From NCBI GenBank assembly GCA_030599585.1, contig JAUVNS010000003.1:256001-320000 (forward strand): a stretch of 64,000 nt of DNA, written 5' to 3'. The notes under the pieces are model-generated. The model was not told the DNA's origin, searched no databases, and was given only the letters and a program-made list of their open reading frames with translations. The stretch comes from Promethearchaeota archaeon. GTDB lineage: Archaea > Asgardarchaeota > Lokiarchaeia > Sigyniarchaeales > SOKP01. Below are positions 50,666 to 61,104 of the stretch, one piece after another. Position 1 is the stretch's first letter. Each line of letters starts with the position of its first letter. The translations under genes were made by a program, and so were the position numbers.

Positions 50666-50857
50666 ACTGACTTTTTTAACACTTTTTTTCTGAAATTATT
50701 TTTTCTCTGAACCTACTTGACCATCCATAAGCTCCATATCTTAACATTCTTTGTTCATTAAAATATGTTTAGCGAATTTACTTGTAAATATAATAAAAAA
50801 ATCATAGCGAATTTTTTAAATTACTTAACTTTAATTAAAGTAAACTAATCAAAAAAG

Positions 50858-51409
50858 TTGTTAAAATTGGCAAAATTAAGTAAATATCTAACAAGGATAA
50901 GAGAAAATAAAGTTAGACCATATATAAAAGGAAAAGTTTTAGATATTGGATGTGGTGATGCTAAAGCAATTAATTATGAAACGGTAACTAGATATTTTGG
51001 AGTAGATTTAGATTATAAATGTAAAGAATTAGCAAAAAAGTATCCCCTAGGAGAGTTTTATTCAAAAAATTTAGAAAATGATAAAATTAATCTACCAGAG
51101 AAAGTGGATTTAGTTCTTATGACAGCCTTCATAGAGCACATTAAGAACTATGAAAATCCATTTAGACAATCAATCAATAACTTAAAGAGTGGTGGAAGTA
51201 TTGTGATAACAACCCCTACTAAATTTGGTAATTTTATTCATTTCTGTGGTGAGATTTTAGGTTTGCTTCCAAAATCTGTAAGAGATAGTCATAAAATAAT
51301 TTTATCAAAAAGTGATTTTATAAAAATTGGACAAAAATACAATTTAAAATTAATAAAATACAAAAAATTTGAATTGTTTTGTAATCATTTTGTGATTTTT
51401 GAAAAATGA
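50858..51409 (+). CDS. Class I SAM-dependent methyltransferase
   Basis: VLDIGCG, GVD, AFIEH, ITTP. Confidence 0.88.
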   Translation: MLKLAKLSKYLTRIRENKVRPYIKGKVLDIGCGDAKAINYETVTRYFGVDLDYKCKELAKKYPLGEFYSKNLENDKINLPEKVDLVLMTAFIEHIKNYENPFRQSINNLKSGGSIVITTPTKFGNFIHFCGEILGLLPKSVRDSHKIILSKSDFIKIGQKYNLKLIKYKKFELFCNHFVIFEK

Positions 51410-51567
51410 AAAAAGTTGGCTCTTGCATTACCCTTCTTGAGAATGTAATTACATAATGTTTATTAATATTGAATATATCTCAATTTTTCTGTTGAAACCT
51501 CAAAAATGAAAGTTTTAAGAATATTACTTAATTAAAAAAAGGAAGATTAAGATTTTTTAAAATTTAT

Positions 51568-52773
51568 ATGAAGAAAAAATATATTTGTGAATCATCAATG
51601 AATATCAAAATGATATTATACAAAAATTTCATTTCAGATACAAGGGTTCAAAGAGAAGCTATCTGTTTAGCTCAAAATGGATATGAAATTGAAGTGATTA
51701 ATTGTAAAGGTCCTAAAGATAATAATACTAATATAAATAATGATAAACGTATAAAAAATAGTGAAATCATGGAAGTTCAACCAAAAAAACGTGAAACAGT
51801 AAAATCACTGTTAAAATTTTGGATATTGGCACTATTTCATTTAATAAGAGAAAAAACCCCCCCAAATATAATTCATGCTCATGATTTAACAGGACTTCCA
51901 CCAGCAGTTTTATACAAAATTTTATTCCCAAAAGTTAAATTGATTTATGACTCACATGAACTCTTCCCAGAAGCTGCAAAAGACAAACTAAATAAAATCT
52001 ATTGGTTATTTTTTTTATTATTAGAATTTATTTGTAGCAAATTTATTACCGTTCTTATCGGTGCAAGTCCATTACAACTTAAAATTCTAAAAAGAAGAAT
52101 AAATAAACCTCAATTTTGTATTTTGAATGTACCAGATTTAGATTTTATTAAAAAAAAAAAAGATTTTGATTATGAAAATCTTAAGTTTCACCCCTTATCT
52201 CCTAAAAAAGAAAAAAAAGTTAAGATAATCTATTCTGGAGGTGTATATACACATAGAGGATATGACGAATTTATATTGGTTGCTGTTAAAATACTGGAAA
52301 AAAATCATAATTTCGAGTTTTGGATAGTTGGTGGTGGTAATTATTTAAACAATGTAAAAGAGATGATAAAGGGGTATAAAATAACTAATCATTTCATCTT
52401 CACAGGAGCAGTCCCATATTGTGACCTTTTAAAATTAACCTATAACTGTGATATTGCTATTGGTTTATATGAAGATACTGTAAATAATAATATTATGATT
52501 TCAAACAAAATATTTGAATACATGTTGGTCGGAATACCATTTTTATTTACTAATTTAAAGTCATCACAACCATATTTAAAAATGGTAAAAGCAATTAAAA
52601 TAGGCTTTCCTCTTGATATAGAACAAATTGCTGAAAAAATACTGCTTCTTGCGAATAATGAAAACACACAATATGAAATATCAAAAAAAAGTAAATCCTT
52701 AATAATAGAAAAATTAAACTGGAAAAATGAATCAGTAAAATTATTAGAAGCGTATTTAGAAGCTTTAAAATAA
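51568..52773 (+). CDS. GT4 glycosyltransferase
   Basis: DTRVQREA, HAHD, IYDSHE, SNKIFEYM. Confidence 0.9.
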   Translation: MKKKYICESSMNIKMILYKNFISDTRVQREAICLAQNGYEIEVINCKGPKDNNTNINNDKRIKNSEIMEVQPKKRETVKSLLKFWILALFHLIREKTPPNIIHAHDLTGLPPAVLYKILFPKVKLIYDSHELFPEAAKDKLNKIYWLFFLLLEFICSKFITVLIGASPLQLKILKRRINKPQFCILNVPDLDFIKKKKDFDYENLKFHPLSPKKEKKVKIIYSGGVYTHRGYDEFILVAVKILEKNHNFEFWIVGGGNYLNNVKEMIKGYKITNHFIFTGAVPYCDLLKLTYNCDIAIGLYEDTVNNNIMISNKIFEYMLVGIPFLFTNLKSSQPYLKMVKAIKIGFPLDIEQIAEKILLLANNENTQYEISKKSKSLIIEKLNWKNESVKLLEAYLEALK

Positions 52774-52894
52774 TATTTAATTTTTTTAATTAAAATATTT
52801 AAACAAATAAAACAATAACAGTTTAAGTTTTAGAAGTTAGAATAAAGATAGATTAGACATCTTCAATACACTTTAAGAAAGACTCAAGTTAATT

Positions 52895-54103
52895 ATGAAA
52901 TATCTGCACTTTATGATGGATCAATTTTATTCAAGAGAATTTATTGAACAAATTCAATCTAGCTTTAAAATTGAAGAACATTATTTCATTATAGTTAAAA
53001 AAAAGAACAGAAAAAATTATATTATTTCAGAAAATTATCAGAACATTGAAGTAATTACAATTTCGCGTAAGAAAAAAATTTTAGAATTTACCCTTTCGCA
53101 TATAAAGTTCTTTACTATGGAATATAAAAGGATTCGAAAAATGATGAGACAAGCAGAAAATATCATCATTCATAATTTGACAGAAGAAATATCTGGAATA
53201 TTATTCGGATTCAAAGGAAAAGCAAAAACATTATGGGTAATTTGGGGAGGTGACTTATATGATTACATCCCATTAAATTTATATGATCATTACACTTCAA
53301 GATTATTACTAAAATTAGATAATAGAGTAATATCGGGTTTTATAAATTTCTACTATTCTTTTTTCTATGAAATAAAAAAGGCAGTAATAAGAAGACTTGA
53401 TTATGTAATTTCTGCGTATAAGGGAGATCTTACATTATTTATTAAATATTTTAAAACTAGAGCAGAATGCTATACTCAAAATATTTATCCTAATCCTGTT
53501 GATTTTAAAAAATTAGATGCGGGATTAAGTTATTCTATTGACAAAAAGTATTATTTTAAAAAAAAAGGATACAAATTACTCTTACTTGGTAATTCCGGAG
53601 GATCAACAAATAATCATCTCGATTTATTGATCCGGTTATCTGAAATGGAAGAACAAAATTTTAGAATAATCTGCCCACTTTCTTATGGCTCTCCGATTTA
53701 TATTAAGAAGATTATTGAAAAAGGTAAAACGCTCTTTGGAGATCGATTTGTCCCTCTGCTTGAATTTTTAAAACCAGATATTTATTTTCACATCTTAAAA
53801 CAGATTGATTTAGCAATTTTGTATCACAATCGGCAACAAGGGCAGGGAAATATCCAAATTCTTACATATTTGGGGAAACCAATATGCATGAAAAAAACGT
53901 CAATATTTTTTCATCTCAAAGAAAGGGGAGTGTCTGTTTTTTCAACTCAAGATTTAGAAAGATTACTATTAAACGAGATAGAATTTACTGAAGTTATGTC
54001 TAAAAAGAATAAAAAAATCGCATCGCAAAATCTTTCGGTAAAATCACTAATATCGTCAATAGAAAGCGTTTTTAATTTATTAGAAAATAGAAAATTTAGA
54101 TAA
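52895..54103 (+). CDS. WecF/RffT-like (GT56) TDP-N-acetylfucosamine:lipid II N-acetylfucosaminyltransferase homologue
   Basis: WVIWGGDLY, LLGNSGGSTNNH, ICPLSYG, HNRQQGQGNI. Confidence 0.82.
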   Translation: MKYLHFMMDQFYSREFIEQIQSSFKIEEHYFIIVKKKNRKNYIISENYQNIEVITISRKKKILEFTLSHIKFFTMEYKRIRKMMRQAENIIIHNLTEEISGILFGFKGKAKTLWVIWGGDLYDYIPLNLYDHYTSRLLLKLDNRVISGFINFYYSFFYEIKKAVIRRLDYVISAYKGDLTLFIKYFKTRAECYTQNIYPNPVDFKKLDAGLSYSIDKKYYFKKKGYKLLLLGNSGGSTNNHLDLLIRLSEMEEQNFRIICPLSYGSPIYIKKIIEKGKTLFGDRFVPLLEFLKPDIYFHILKQIDLAILYHNRQQGQGNIQILTYLGKPICMKKTSIFFHLKERGVSVFSTQDLERLLLNEIEFTEVMSKKNKKIASQNLSVKSLISSIESVFNLLENRKFR

Positions 54104-54217
54104 GGTTTTGAAAGTAAGATTATAAAAATTATTGAGAAATGAAACCTGTACTAAAAATTATTAATTTCATTGAGTTCAAAGAGATATAATTAAAAAGATT
54201 GATATTGGGAGATTAAA

Positions 54218-55168
54218 ATGAGTAAAAAAATTCTAATATTGGGAGGTTTTGGTTTTATAGGTACAAATCTAATAATAGAATTATTAAAAAATGAAAAATT
54301 TGAAATAGTAGTCTTTGAAACTAAAAATTCTATTTTTGGGGAACAGGAACTTTTAAAAAAGATAGAAGTGCATAAAGGAGATTTTAATAAAGTAGAAGAT
54401 TATAAAGTAATTTTTAAAAATAATAAAATCGACTTGGTTGTCCACTTAATAAGCACAACTATTCCTTCAACCTCTAACAATAACATTAAATTTGATATTG
54501 AATCAAATCTCATAAATACTATAAATCTTTTAGATGTTATGATAAAATATAATTGTAAAAATATTGTTTTTTTCTCTTCTGGAGGTACAGTTTATGGTCC
54601 ATCAAAAAAAAAAACCAAAAAAAAAGAAGAAGATTCAAAGAATCCAATCTGTTCTTATGGAATAATTAAATTAACTATTGAAGAATATATTAAGCTTTAT
54701 GATTATTTATACGATTTAAATTATCTTATCATTAGACCATCAAACCCATATGGAGAACATCATTATAAATTAAATCAAGGCTTAATAAATGTCATTCTCA
54801 GTAAAATTATTAATAATGAAACCGTGGAAATTTGGGGCGATGGTTCTATAGTAAGAGATTACATATATATTAAAGATCTTGCTAAATTTGTCAGGGAGTT
54901 AATCGAGAAAGATATTAAGAAAGAAATTTTTAATGTTGGAACAGGAAAGGGATATTCTATTAATAGGATTATAAATTTCATTCAGAATGAAATAGGAGAT
55001 TTCAAAGTAACATATTTAAAAGAAAGAAAAGTAGATATAAAGAATTTTGAACTAAATATAGATAAATTAAAATCATTTATTAATTTAGATTTGACAAGTA
55101 TTAAAACGGGAATAAAAAAAACATACACATGGTTAAAAAAGATTCATCAAGAAACTAGTGCCTGTTAA
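54218..55168 (+). CDS. NAD-dependent nucleotide-sugar epimerase/reductase (extended SDR)
   Basis: GGFGFIG, SSGGTVYG, YGIIK, RPSNPYG, WGDGSIVRDYIY. Confidence 0.9.
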   Translation: MSKKILILGGFGFIGTNLIIELLKNEKFEIVVFETKNSIFGEQELLKKIEVHKGDFNKVEDYKVIFKNNKIDLVVHLISTTIPSTSNNNIKFDIESNLINTINLLDVMIKYNCKNIVFFSSGGTVYGPSKKKTKKKEEDSKNPICSYGIIKLTIEEYIKLYDYLYDLNYLIIRPSNPYGEHHYKLNQGLINVILSKIINNETVEIWGDGSIVRDYIYIKDLAKFVRELIEKDIKKEIFNVGTGKGYSINRIINFIQNEIGDFKVTYLKERKVDIKNFELNIDKLKSFINLDLTSIKTGIKKTYTWLKKIHQETSAC

Positions 55169-55494
55169 ACCTGAATAATAGTTATAAAAAATAATTTGAT
55201 TTAAGAAATTCCCGATTATTGATGAATTTCAATTTTTTCTCATTCTCAAATCCATAAGTCGAAATTTTATTGATTTCATGTAGATTTGTTTTAATATTTA
55301 TTTTACATCATTCATTCCAGAAAAAAATCAAAATGATATTTTGAATTTAATATTCTCTTATTAATATTTTATTGAAAAAATTAAATTTATGAAAAAATCC
55401 CAAAATTTCACAAAAATCTATAGTCCCATCAGATTCTTAAAAAAAAAGTGATTGGAATATTACAAATATTTACAAAATATATGTATTCTTATAT

Positions 55495-57366
55495 TCAATC
55501 TCTATATTTATTATTGAAAACTTGTTGAAGCCATATTTCAATTGTTAAAGCACGACAAATCTTTTTAGAAGTATTATAATTATAGTCATTAAATAACTTT
55601 TTCAAAATAATTAAAAAAGATTTTTTTGAATCTCGCAACAAATCTAAGAAATATTCTCTTATTGCAAAGAAAATAAATTTTTGCATATTTAGACATCTAT
55701 AAATTAGACTAGAGTTTTTGATAATAGGATTTAAATATTTAACAATAAAATTTATATCAATATATTTTGAATAAAGAGCATTTTCAGGATTTAGAATTTT
55801 TTTTGTCAATTTTATGATCTTGTGAGTTCTTAACCAATTCCCATAATCGGCATAATTTTTCTTAGATTCAATTATTGAAAATTTTTCCAGTAATGTCTTA
55901 ATGATTTCAAGAATTTTTCCATGTAATGTCATTTTTTCCGAAATAGCAAGTCCAGTTTTTTGCCATGGAATTTTTTTATAATATTCAGGATGTTTATACA
56001 ATAAGGTTTTATTATATAATTTACTGTGTAGACGATACTCATCCGGAAGAGAATATATAAATTCAATTAAATCATTGTCTAAAAAAGGTTTTCGCGTTTC
56101 TATTATACGAGATATCGCAAGTTGTCCGATATTTGTAAATCTTCTAGCACGAGTATCGATGAAATATGGACCTTCACGATTTATATTAAAGAAACTACTT
56201 TTTAAATCTGTAAATCTAATTTGATTTCCGAATCTTTTAATAGCCGCTCCTTTTTCAATTCTTTTATTGAGGTTACCAATCCAACTTCCTCCCATAATAA
56301 TGTCCCCCACAAAACCGTCAATATTTATATCACATAATTTTCTAAATTGTTCCTGGGGTAATGGATTGTGCAGATGTAGAAGAGAAACTAATCCATCGGT
56401 GTACCATACAAATTTAAATCTATTGTCCAACCAATTATCTTTATTTAACTCAAAAATATAATGGATATTATTTTTTATTTGGGAAACTAATTTTGCAATC
56501 CTTATATCATCACAATCTTTCTTACCAAAAGTATAGTATACAACATTTAAATCTTCAATTTGATCAATTATTGCCAGATTTAATCTTGAATCCAACCCAC
56601 CACTTATAGAGACACCTAATTTTTTATCAATATTAACTCTCTTTCTTACTGCTCTTTCTAATAATTTACCTAGTTGTATCACCGCTTCGTTAAAAGTTAT
56701 ATTTTGAGGTTTAATTGAGCTCCATTTCCAATAACGCTTCTCTTCCACAACTTTTCTTTTTTCTAAGGAATAGGTTATCACAGAAGATGCATTCATCAAT
56801 TTCACATCTTTAAACCACGTTATTTCACCTATTAAATGTCCAAGATCCATAAAACACTTTATAGCTTGAATATTTATTATTGGTATAAAAGCTTTAAATG
56901 GTAATAAAGCCTTGAGTTCTGATACCCAAGCAAAACAATCGTTATTGTTCCAAATATATAATGGTTTCATCCCATAGCGATCGGATATAAATTTTAGTTT
57001 TTTTTTATCATATAAAATTGCCGAATAAATTCCATCAATCTTTGAAAGCACAGTTTCTAAGTTATTATCTATATATGCATCAATTAATAATTCTGAAAAT
57101 GTCTTTGATTTGTATTTGAAAAGTTTGACAATTTCATTTAGATTATAGATTTCTCCCTCTATCCATGAATAAATTCCTGATTTTTGAAATGGAGTATTTT
57201 TTTCTCCTAAAATTCCTAAATGGACTCTTGAGGCAATAATTTTCTCATCAGAATAGATATCATCAAATTTATCTGAGGATGTATAGCTAATCATCTTCAA
57301 GGCATTTTCAATTTCAACTAATTTAAAATTATTTAAAATATCCACAACACCAACAAGCCCAGGAAT
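55495..57366 (-). CDS. Asparagine synthetase (AsnB)-like amidotransferase/ATP pyrophosphatase; probable ATT start giving MPGLVGVV
   Basis: GEIYN, DRYGMKPLY, SELKAL, ISGGLDSR, RKPFLD; the frame extends upstream of the track GTG (57345) to ATT CCT GGG at 57366, preceded by AAGGTGAG. Confidence 0.85.
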   Translation of the reverse strand: MPGLVGVVDILNNFKLVEIENALKMISYTSSDKFDDIYSDEKIIASRVHLGILGEKNTPFQKSGIYSWIEGEIYNLNEIVKLFKYKSKTFSELLIDAYIDNNLETVLSKIDGIYSAILYDKKKLKFISDRYGMKPLYIWNNNDCFAWVSELKALLPFKAFIPIINIQAIKCFMDLGHLIGEITWFKDVKLMNASSVITYSLEKRKVVEEKRYWKWSSIKPQNITFNEAVIQLGKLLERAVRKRVNIDKKLGVSISGGLDSRLNLAIIDQIEDLNVVYYTFGKKDCDDIRIAKLVSQIKNNIHYIFELNKDNWLDNRFKFVWYTDGLVSLLHLHNPLPQEQFRKLCDINIDGFVGDIIMGGSWIGNLNKRIEKGAAIKRFGNQIRFTDLKSSFFNINREGPYFIDTRARRFTNIGQLAISRIIETRKPFLDNDLIEFIYSLPDEYRLHSKLYNKTLLYKHPEYYKKIPWQKTGLAISEKMTLHGKILEIIKTLLEKFSIIESKKNYADYGNWLRTHKIIKLTKKILNPENALYSKYIDINFIVKYLNPIIKNSSLIYRCLNMQKFIFFAIREYFLDLLRDSKKSFLIILKKLFNDYNYNTSKKICRALTIEIWLQQVFNNKYRD

Positions 57367-57659
57367 AACATTCTCACCTTTGTTCTTAAAGATATTACTT
57401 CGTCTTAATTCTTTATTATTTATTCATATTATAATTAATTTTCATATTTTGTAATTTTCTATAAATATATTCACATTTATGTAGTTTTTTGATTCGCTGA
57501 GAGATCTATCTAAAATTAAATATAATCATTCATTAAATATAAAAAATTGAAATGAGTAAGATAAAAAATCCTTTAATATTATTTTCATTTTAATCCTTTA
57601 AATTGAATTTTAATATATAGAGGATTCTAATTTAAATAAAAAATACAGAATGTTGAAGA

Positions 57660-58937
57660 ATGTCAAGAAATATTCTATTTATAGTACGAAATTTTGAAAA
57701 AGGAGGGGGAGAGGAAAGAACAGCTGCTGAGTTAGGTAGTAAATTTCATAATAAAGGTTATAATATATATTATCTTTCATTTTTAAAGCCGTCTATTGAT
57801 ACTTATAAAGTAAAAGGTAAACATTTTAGTCTCATTGAAACGGTTTATCGATTTGATCTAGGAAAAGGAATAAAAATTGTTCTAAAAGATATAATTAAGG
57901 TTATTAGATTTAAGTTTAGAATTTTTACATATCCAAAAATAATTAAAAATTTTACTAAAAATTATAAAATTGATCTAATTATTTCATTTGGAGAATATAA
58001 TAATCTAGCTTGCTTATTAAGCAAAATTATATTCAAAAATAATACAAAATTAATAGTTTCAATCCGTAATAATCCAGATCTAATGTATACCAAAGATCAA
58101 AGTATATTAAAATATTTCATATTTAAAATAATTACTATAAAATATCTTTATAAAAAGGCAGATGTAATTATACCAAATTTTGAAGCGGATTTTGAAAATA
58201 TATTATATAATTATAATCCTAATAAAAATAATGTTAAATCAATATTTAATCTGTATAATATAAATCATTGCATAAAATTATCCAAGGAGAAAATCCCTTT
58301 CAAATACAATGAAATTTTTGAGAATTCTTTTGTTTTTATTAATATTGGAAGGATTGTTGAACAAAAAGGTCAGATACATTTAATTAAGAGCTTTAAAAAA
58401 GTTGTGGATAAAAATAACAAAATAAAATTAGTTATTTTAGGAGAAGGATCTCTTAAAAATGACTTCGAAAAACTAGTAAAATTATTAAATCTACAAACTA
58501 ATATCTTTTTTATTGGAATTCAATCTAATGTATTTCCATTCTTAAAAAGGTCTAATTGTTTTATCTTTACATCATTATGGGAGGGATTTCCAAATGTTAT
58601 TGTTGAAGCACTTTCAATGAATATCCCGATAATCTCAACGGATTGTAAATATGGTCCTAGAACAATTCTCTGTCCCGAACTAGATATTTCAGAAAAAGTT
58701 AATTATCCATACTTTGGAAAATATGGTATTTTAACCAAACCATTTTTCAATAGGAAAGCTTTAGATTATTTAAAGCTATCTAATGGGGAAAAAATCCTTT
58801 CTAATTTAATGATTAAAATTATTGAAGATCCTCATCTTAAAAAGAAATTTTCTAAAGGAATAATTAGAGCAAAAGATTTTAGTGAGGAAAAAATATTTCA
58901 TGAATGGGAAAAAATAATAAAACAATTGTTAAGTTAG
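57660..58937 (+). CDS. GT4 glycosyltransferase (PglJ/WbnH-like)
   Basis: GGGEER, NIGRIVEQKG, SLWEGFPNVIVEAL, STDCKYGP. Confidence 0.92.
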   Translation: MSRNILFIVRNFEKGGGEERTAAELGSKFHNKGYNIYYLSFLKPSIDTYKVKGKHFSLIETVYRFDLGKGIKIVLKDIIKVIRFKFRIFTYPKIIKNFTKNYKIDLIISFGEYNNLACLLSKIIFKNNTKLIVSIRNNPDLMYTKDQSILKYFIFKIITIKYLYKKADVIIPNFEADFENILYNYNPNKNNVKSIFNLYNINHCIKLSKEKIPFKYNEIFENSFVFINIGRIVEQKGQIHLIKSFKKVVDKNNKIKLVILGEGSLKNDFEKLVKLLNLQTNIFFIGIQSNVFPFLKRSNCFIFTSLWEGFPNVIVEALSMNIPIISTDCKYGPRTILCPELDISEKVNYPYFGKYGILTKPFFNRKALDYLKLSNGEKILSNLMIKIIEDPHLKKKFSKGIIRAKDFSEEKIFHEWEKIIKQLLS

Positions 58938-59035
58938 AAAATTTAATTACTTTAGGCAAAAATAAAATTACAAATCTATATGACAAATTTTTTAATTAAA
59001 GTTAGCAATTTAAGCCCAAACAAAAAGTTGATGAT

Positions 59036-60946
59036 ATGATCAATAAAACTAAAAGATTTCGCCCTTATTACTTAATTTTACTTATCCTCGCCATTATGAT
59101 TCCTTTTCTATGTTATCCTTATATTTTTGGTGTTGATGCATTTGAGTTAATTTGGATGGCAAATGCTATTAAAGAAGGAGCTTTATTTTCCGAAAATACT
59201 TGGTTAATCCATCCAACATCATATTTTGGATATTACCCCTTTTCTCATCGTGCTATAGGAATTCCTTTGATAATTGCATATTTATTAAGTTTTTTAAATC
59301 TCATTTCAGTCGGAATTTTTGGTATTAGTGAAGTAATATTAGTTTATAATATTATACTTATAATAGTCTTTTATAAAGCATCACGTAGTCTTGGAAATAC
59401 ATTATTTAATGAAGAATGGAGCCGATTCATGTTTACAGGTGCTTTATTATTCGCTCCTCATATTATAGATGAGTTTACAATGACCATTTCCACGAGAATA
59501 GTTATTACTATCTTTATTATTCTAATATTAAATTTTAATTTAAAAATAATTTCTGGGGATTACAAAATTAACTATAAAGATATAATCTACATATTATTAA
59601 TCTTTATACTCGGAGCCTTAATACATAGATTATGGTTAGGGATGATTATTCCATTTTTATTTACACTTATTATTTTTATTATTAGAAAAAATAAAAACAT
59701 TCTAAAATTGATTCTTATTTTTATTTTACCCTTAATTATTATCTGTTTTTTCTTGGGATTGTCAATTTTCGGTATTATGCCCCGTTTTGAACTAAATAAT
59801 TCAAGTTTAATTCAAAGTATCCTATTCTTTTTAAATTATTATGGATTTAATTTGGGATTAATCTCTCTTTTTTTTCCAATAGGCATAATAATTATGATTT
59901 ATAAAATATCTATAATATTAAAAAAAAAATATAAAATAGAGTCATCAATTTTTAAAGAAAAAAAGTTTCTTTTATTACAAAAAAACCTCTATTTAATCCT
60001 TTTTATTATTCCATTTATTTTCCTGTCACCCCAATTGTTTTACGCACTAACTCTTTTTTCACCTATGATAATTATCATCTCTATAAATGGTTTAATTTAT
60101 ATTAAGAATTATATTTCATCCATCTCTAAAACCGTAGATAGGTTTTTACCGTCAATTGTATTTTTACTTTTGTTTGGTTTTTATTTGGTAAGAATTGGAA
60201 TTTTCAAGCAAACAAAAATTAATTTAGTGTTTTTATTATTATTTTCAATTGGAATTTTAATAATTTTAATATCAATTTCTATAAAAATTCATCATAAAAA
60301 AAATAATTTTCATCTCAAATTAAGAAAAGAATTTTGGATTATTACATTAATTATTCCATTTCTAACATTTACTATGATGGAGATACAGATGAGAAATTAC
60401 GAAAGAATGAATAGTTCTTATCCTTGGGAAAATAATTATCTTACAAATGAAGAAAAACAAATAATCAATTATTTTCAAAACAAAGATTTAAATGGTTTGA
60501 TATTTGTTTGCGACGATGAAATTTCGGCAAGAATTGGAGGAATAGGATTTTTACCTACTTTTCATGGATTAGAACTGATTGGATTATGCTTATGGTATGG
60601 TGTGGTTAGTCCAGAAGAAATTCACATGGGAACAAAAGTATCATCTTCTCTGTTAGATTTAATAGCTCAGTATTATTATTTTTATAAACCTCTAAATGCC
60701 AATTGGTCGTCAGAATCATGGCCTTTAGAGGTTCTGAAGCTAAAAATTATCAAATTAAACATGACATACTTAATGGATTGCTTACTTATTCAATCTGAAT
60801 ACAATATTCAATATGTAGTTACTATTAAACAAAAATTTACCCATTTCAGTAATGAGTGGATCTTAATAGAATCTTTATACCAATCAGATTTAGAACCAAT
60901 TTTTTCAACTCAACACTTTTTAGTATGGAACTTGCACGGTTTATAG
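59036..60946 (+). CDS. Polytopic membrane protein, putative GT-C glycosyltransferase; paralogue of 47565..49496
   Basis: FGVDAFELIWMA, WLIHPTSYFGYYPFSHRAIG, EEWSRF, STRI, HRLW and YPWENNYLTNEE shared with the paralogue. Confidence 0.65.
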   Translation: MINKTKRFRPYYLILLILAIMIPFLCYPYIFGVDAFELIWMANAIKEGALFSENTWLIHPTSYFGYYPFSHRAIGIPLIIAYLLSFLNLISVGIFGISEVILVYNIILIIVFYKASRSLGNTLFNEEWSRFMFTGALLFAPHIIDEFTMTISTRIVITIFIILILNFNLKIISGDYKINYKDIIYILLIFILGALIHRLWLGMIIPFLFTLIIFIIRKNKNILKLILIFILPLIIICFFLGLSIFGIMPRFELNNSSLIQSILFFLNYYGFNLGLISLFFPIGIIIMIYKISIILKKKYKIESSIFKEKKFLLLQKNLYLILFIIPFIFLSPQLFYALTLFSPMIIIISINGLIYIKNYISSISKTVDRFLPSIVFLLLFGFYLVRIGIFKQTKINLVFLLLFSIGILIILISISIKIHHKKNNFHLKLRKEFWIITLIIPFLTFTMMEIQMRNYERMNSSYPWENNYLTNEEKQIINYFQNKDLNGLIFVCDDEISARIGGIGFLPTFHGLELIGLCLWYGVVSPEEIHMGTKVSSSLLDLIAQYYYFYKPLNANWSSESWPLEVLKLKIIKLNMTYLMDCLLIQSEYNIQYVVTIKQKFTHFSNEWILIESLYQSDLEPIFSTQHFLVWNLHGL

Positions 60947-61104
60947 AAAAACCCCCATTAGGTTAAACCTATATATCAATTTTTATTTTCTTAGATTTTA
61001 AAGAATGAATTAGTATTTAAAAAAATACAAAATGTAATGATTTATTCCATTATCTCATTAAATTACAAAAATTAAAACTTAATCCTAAATTAGCTAGTAT
61101 CAAA

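Noticed and set aside
51406-51456. ATGA-coupled mini-ORF MKKVGSCITLLENVIT after the methyltransferase
   Set aside because: Could be a deleted-gene stub but is too short to support
55169-55494. Start-less minus-strand open stretch (…STYGFENEKKLKFINN…) weakly resembling a GT4 segment
   Set aside because: No diagnostic motif
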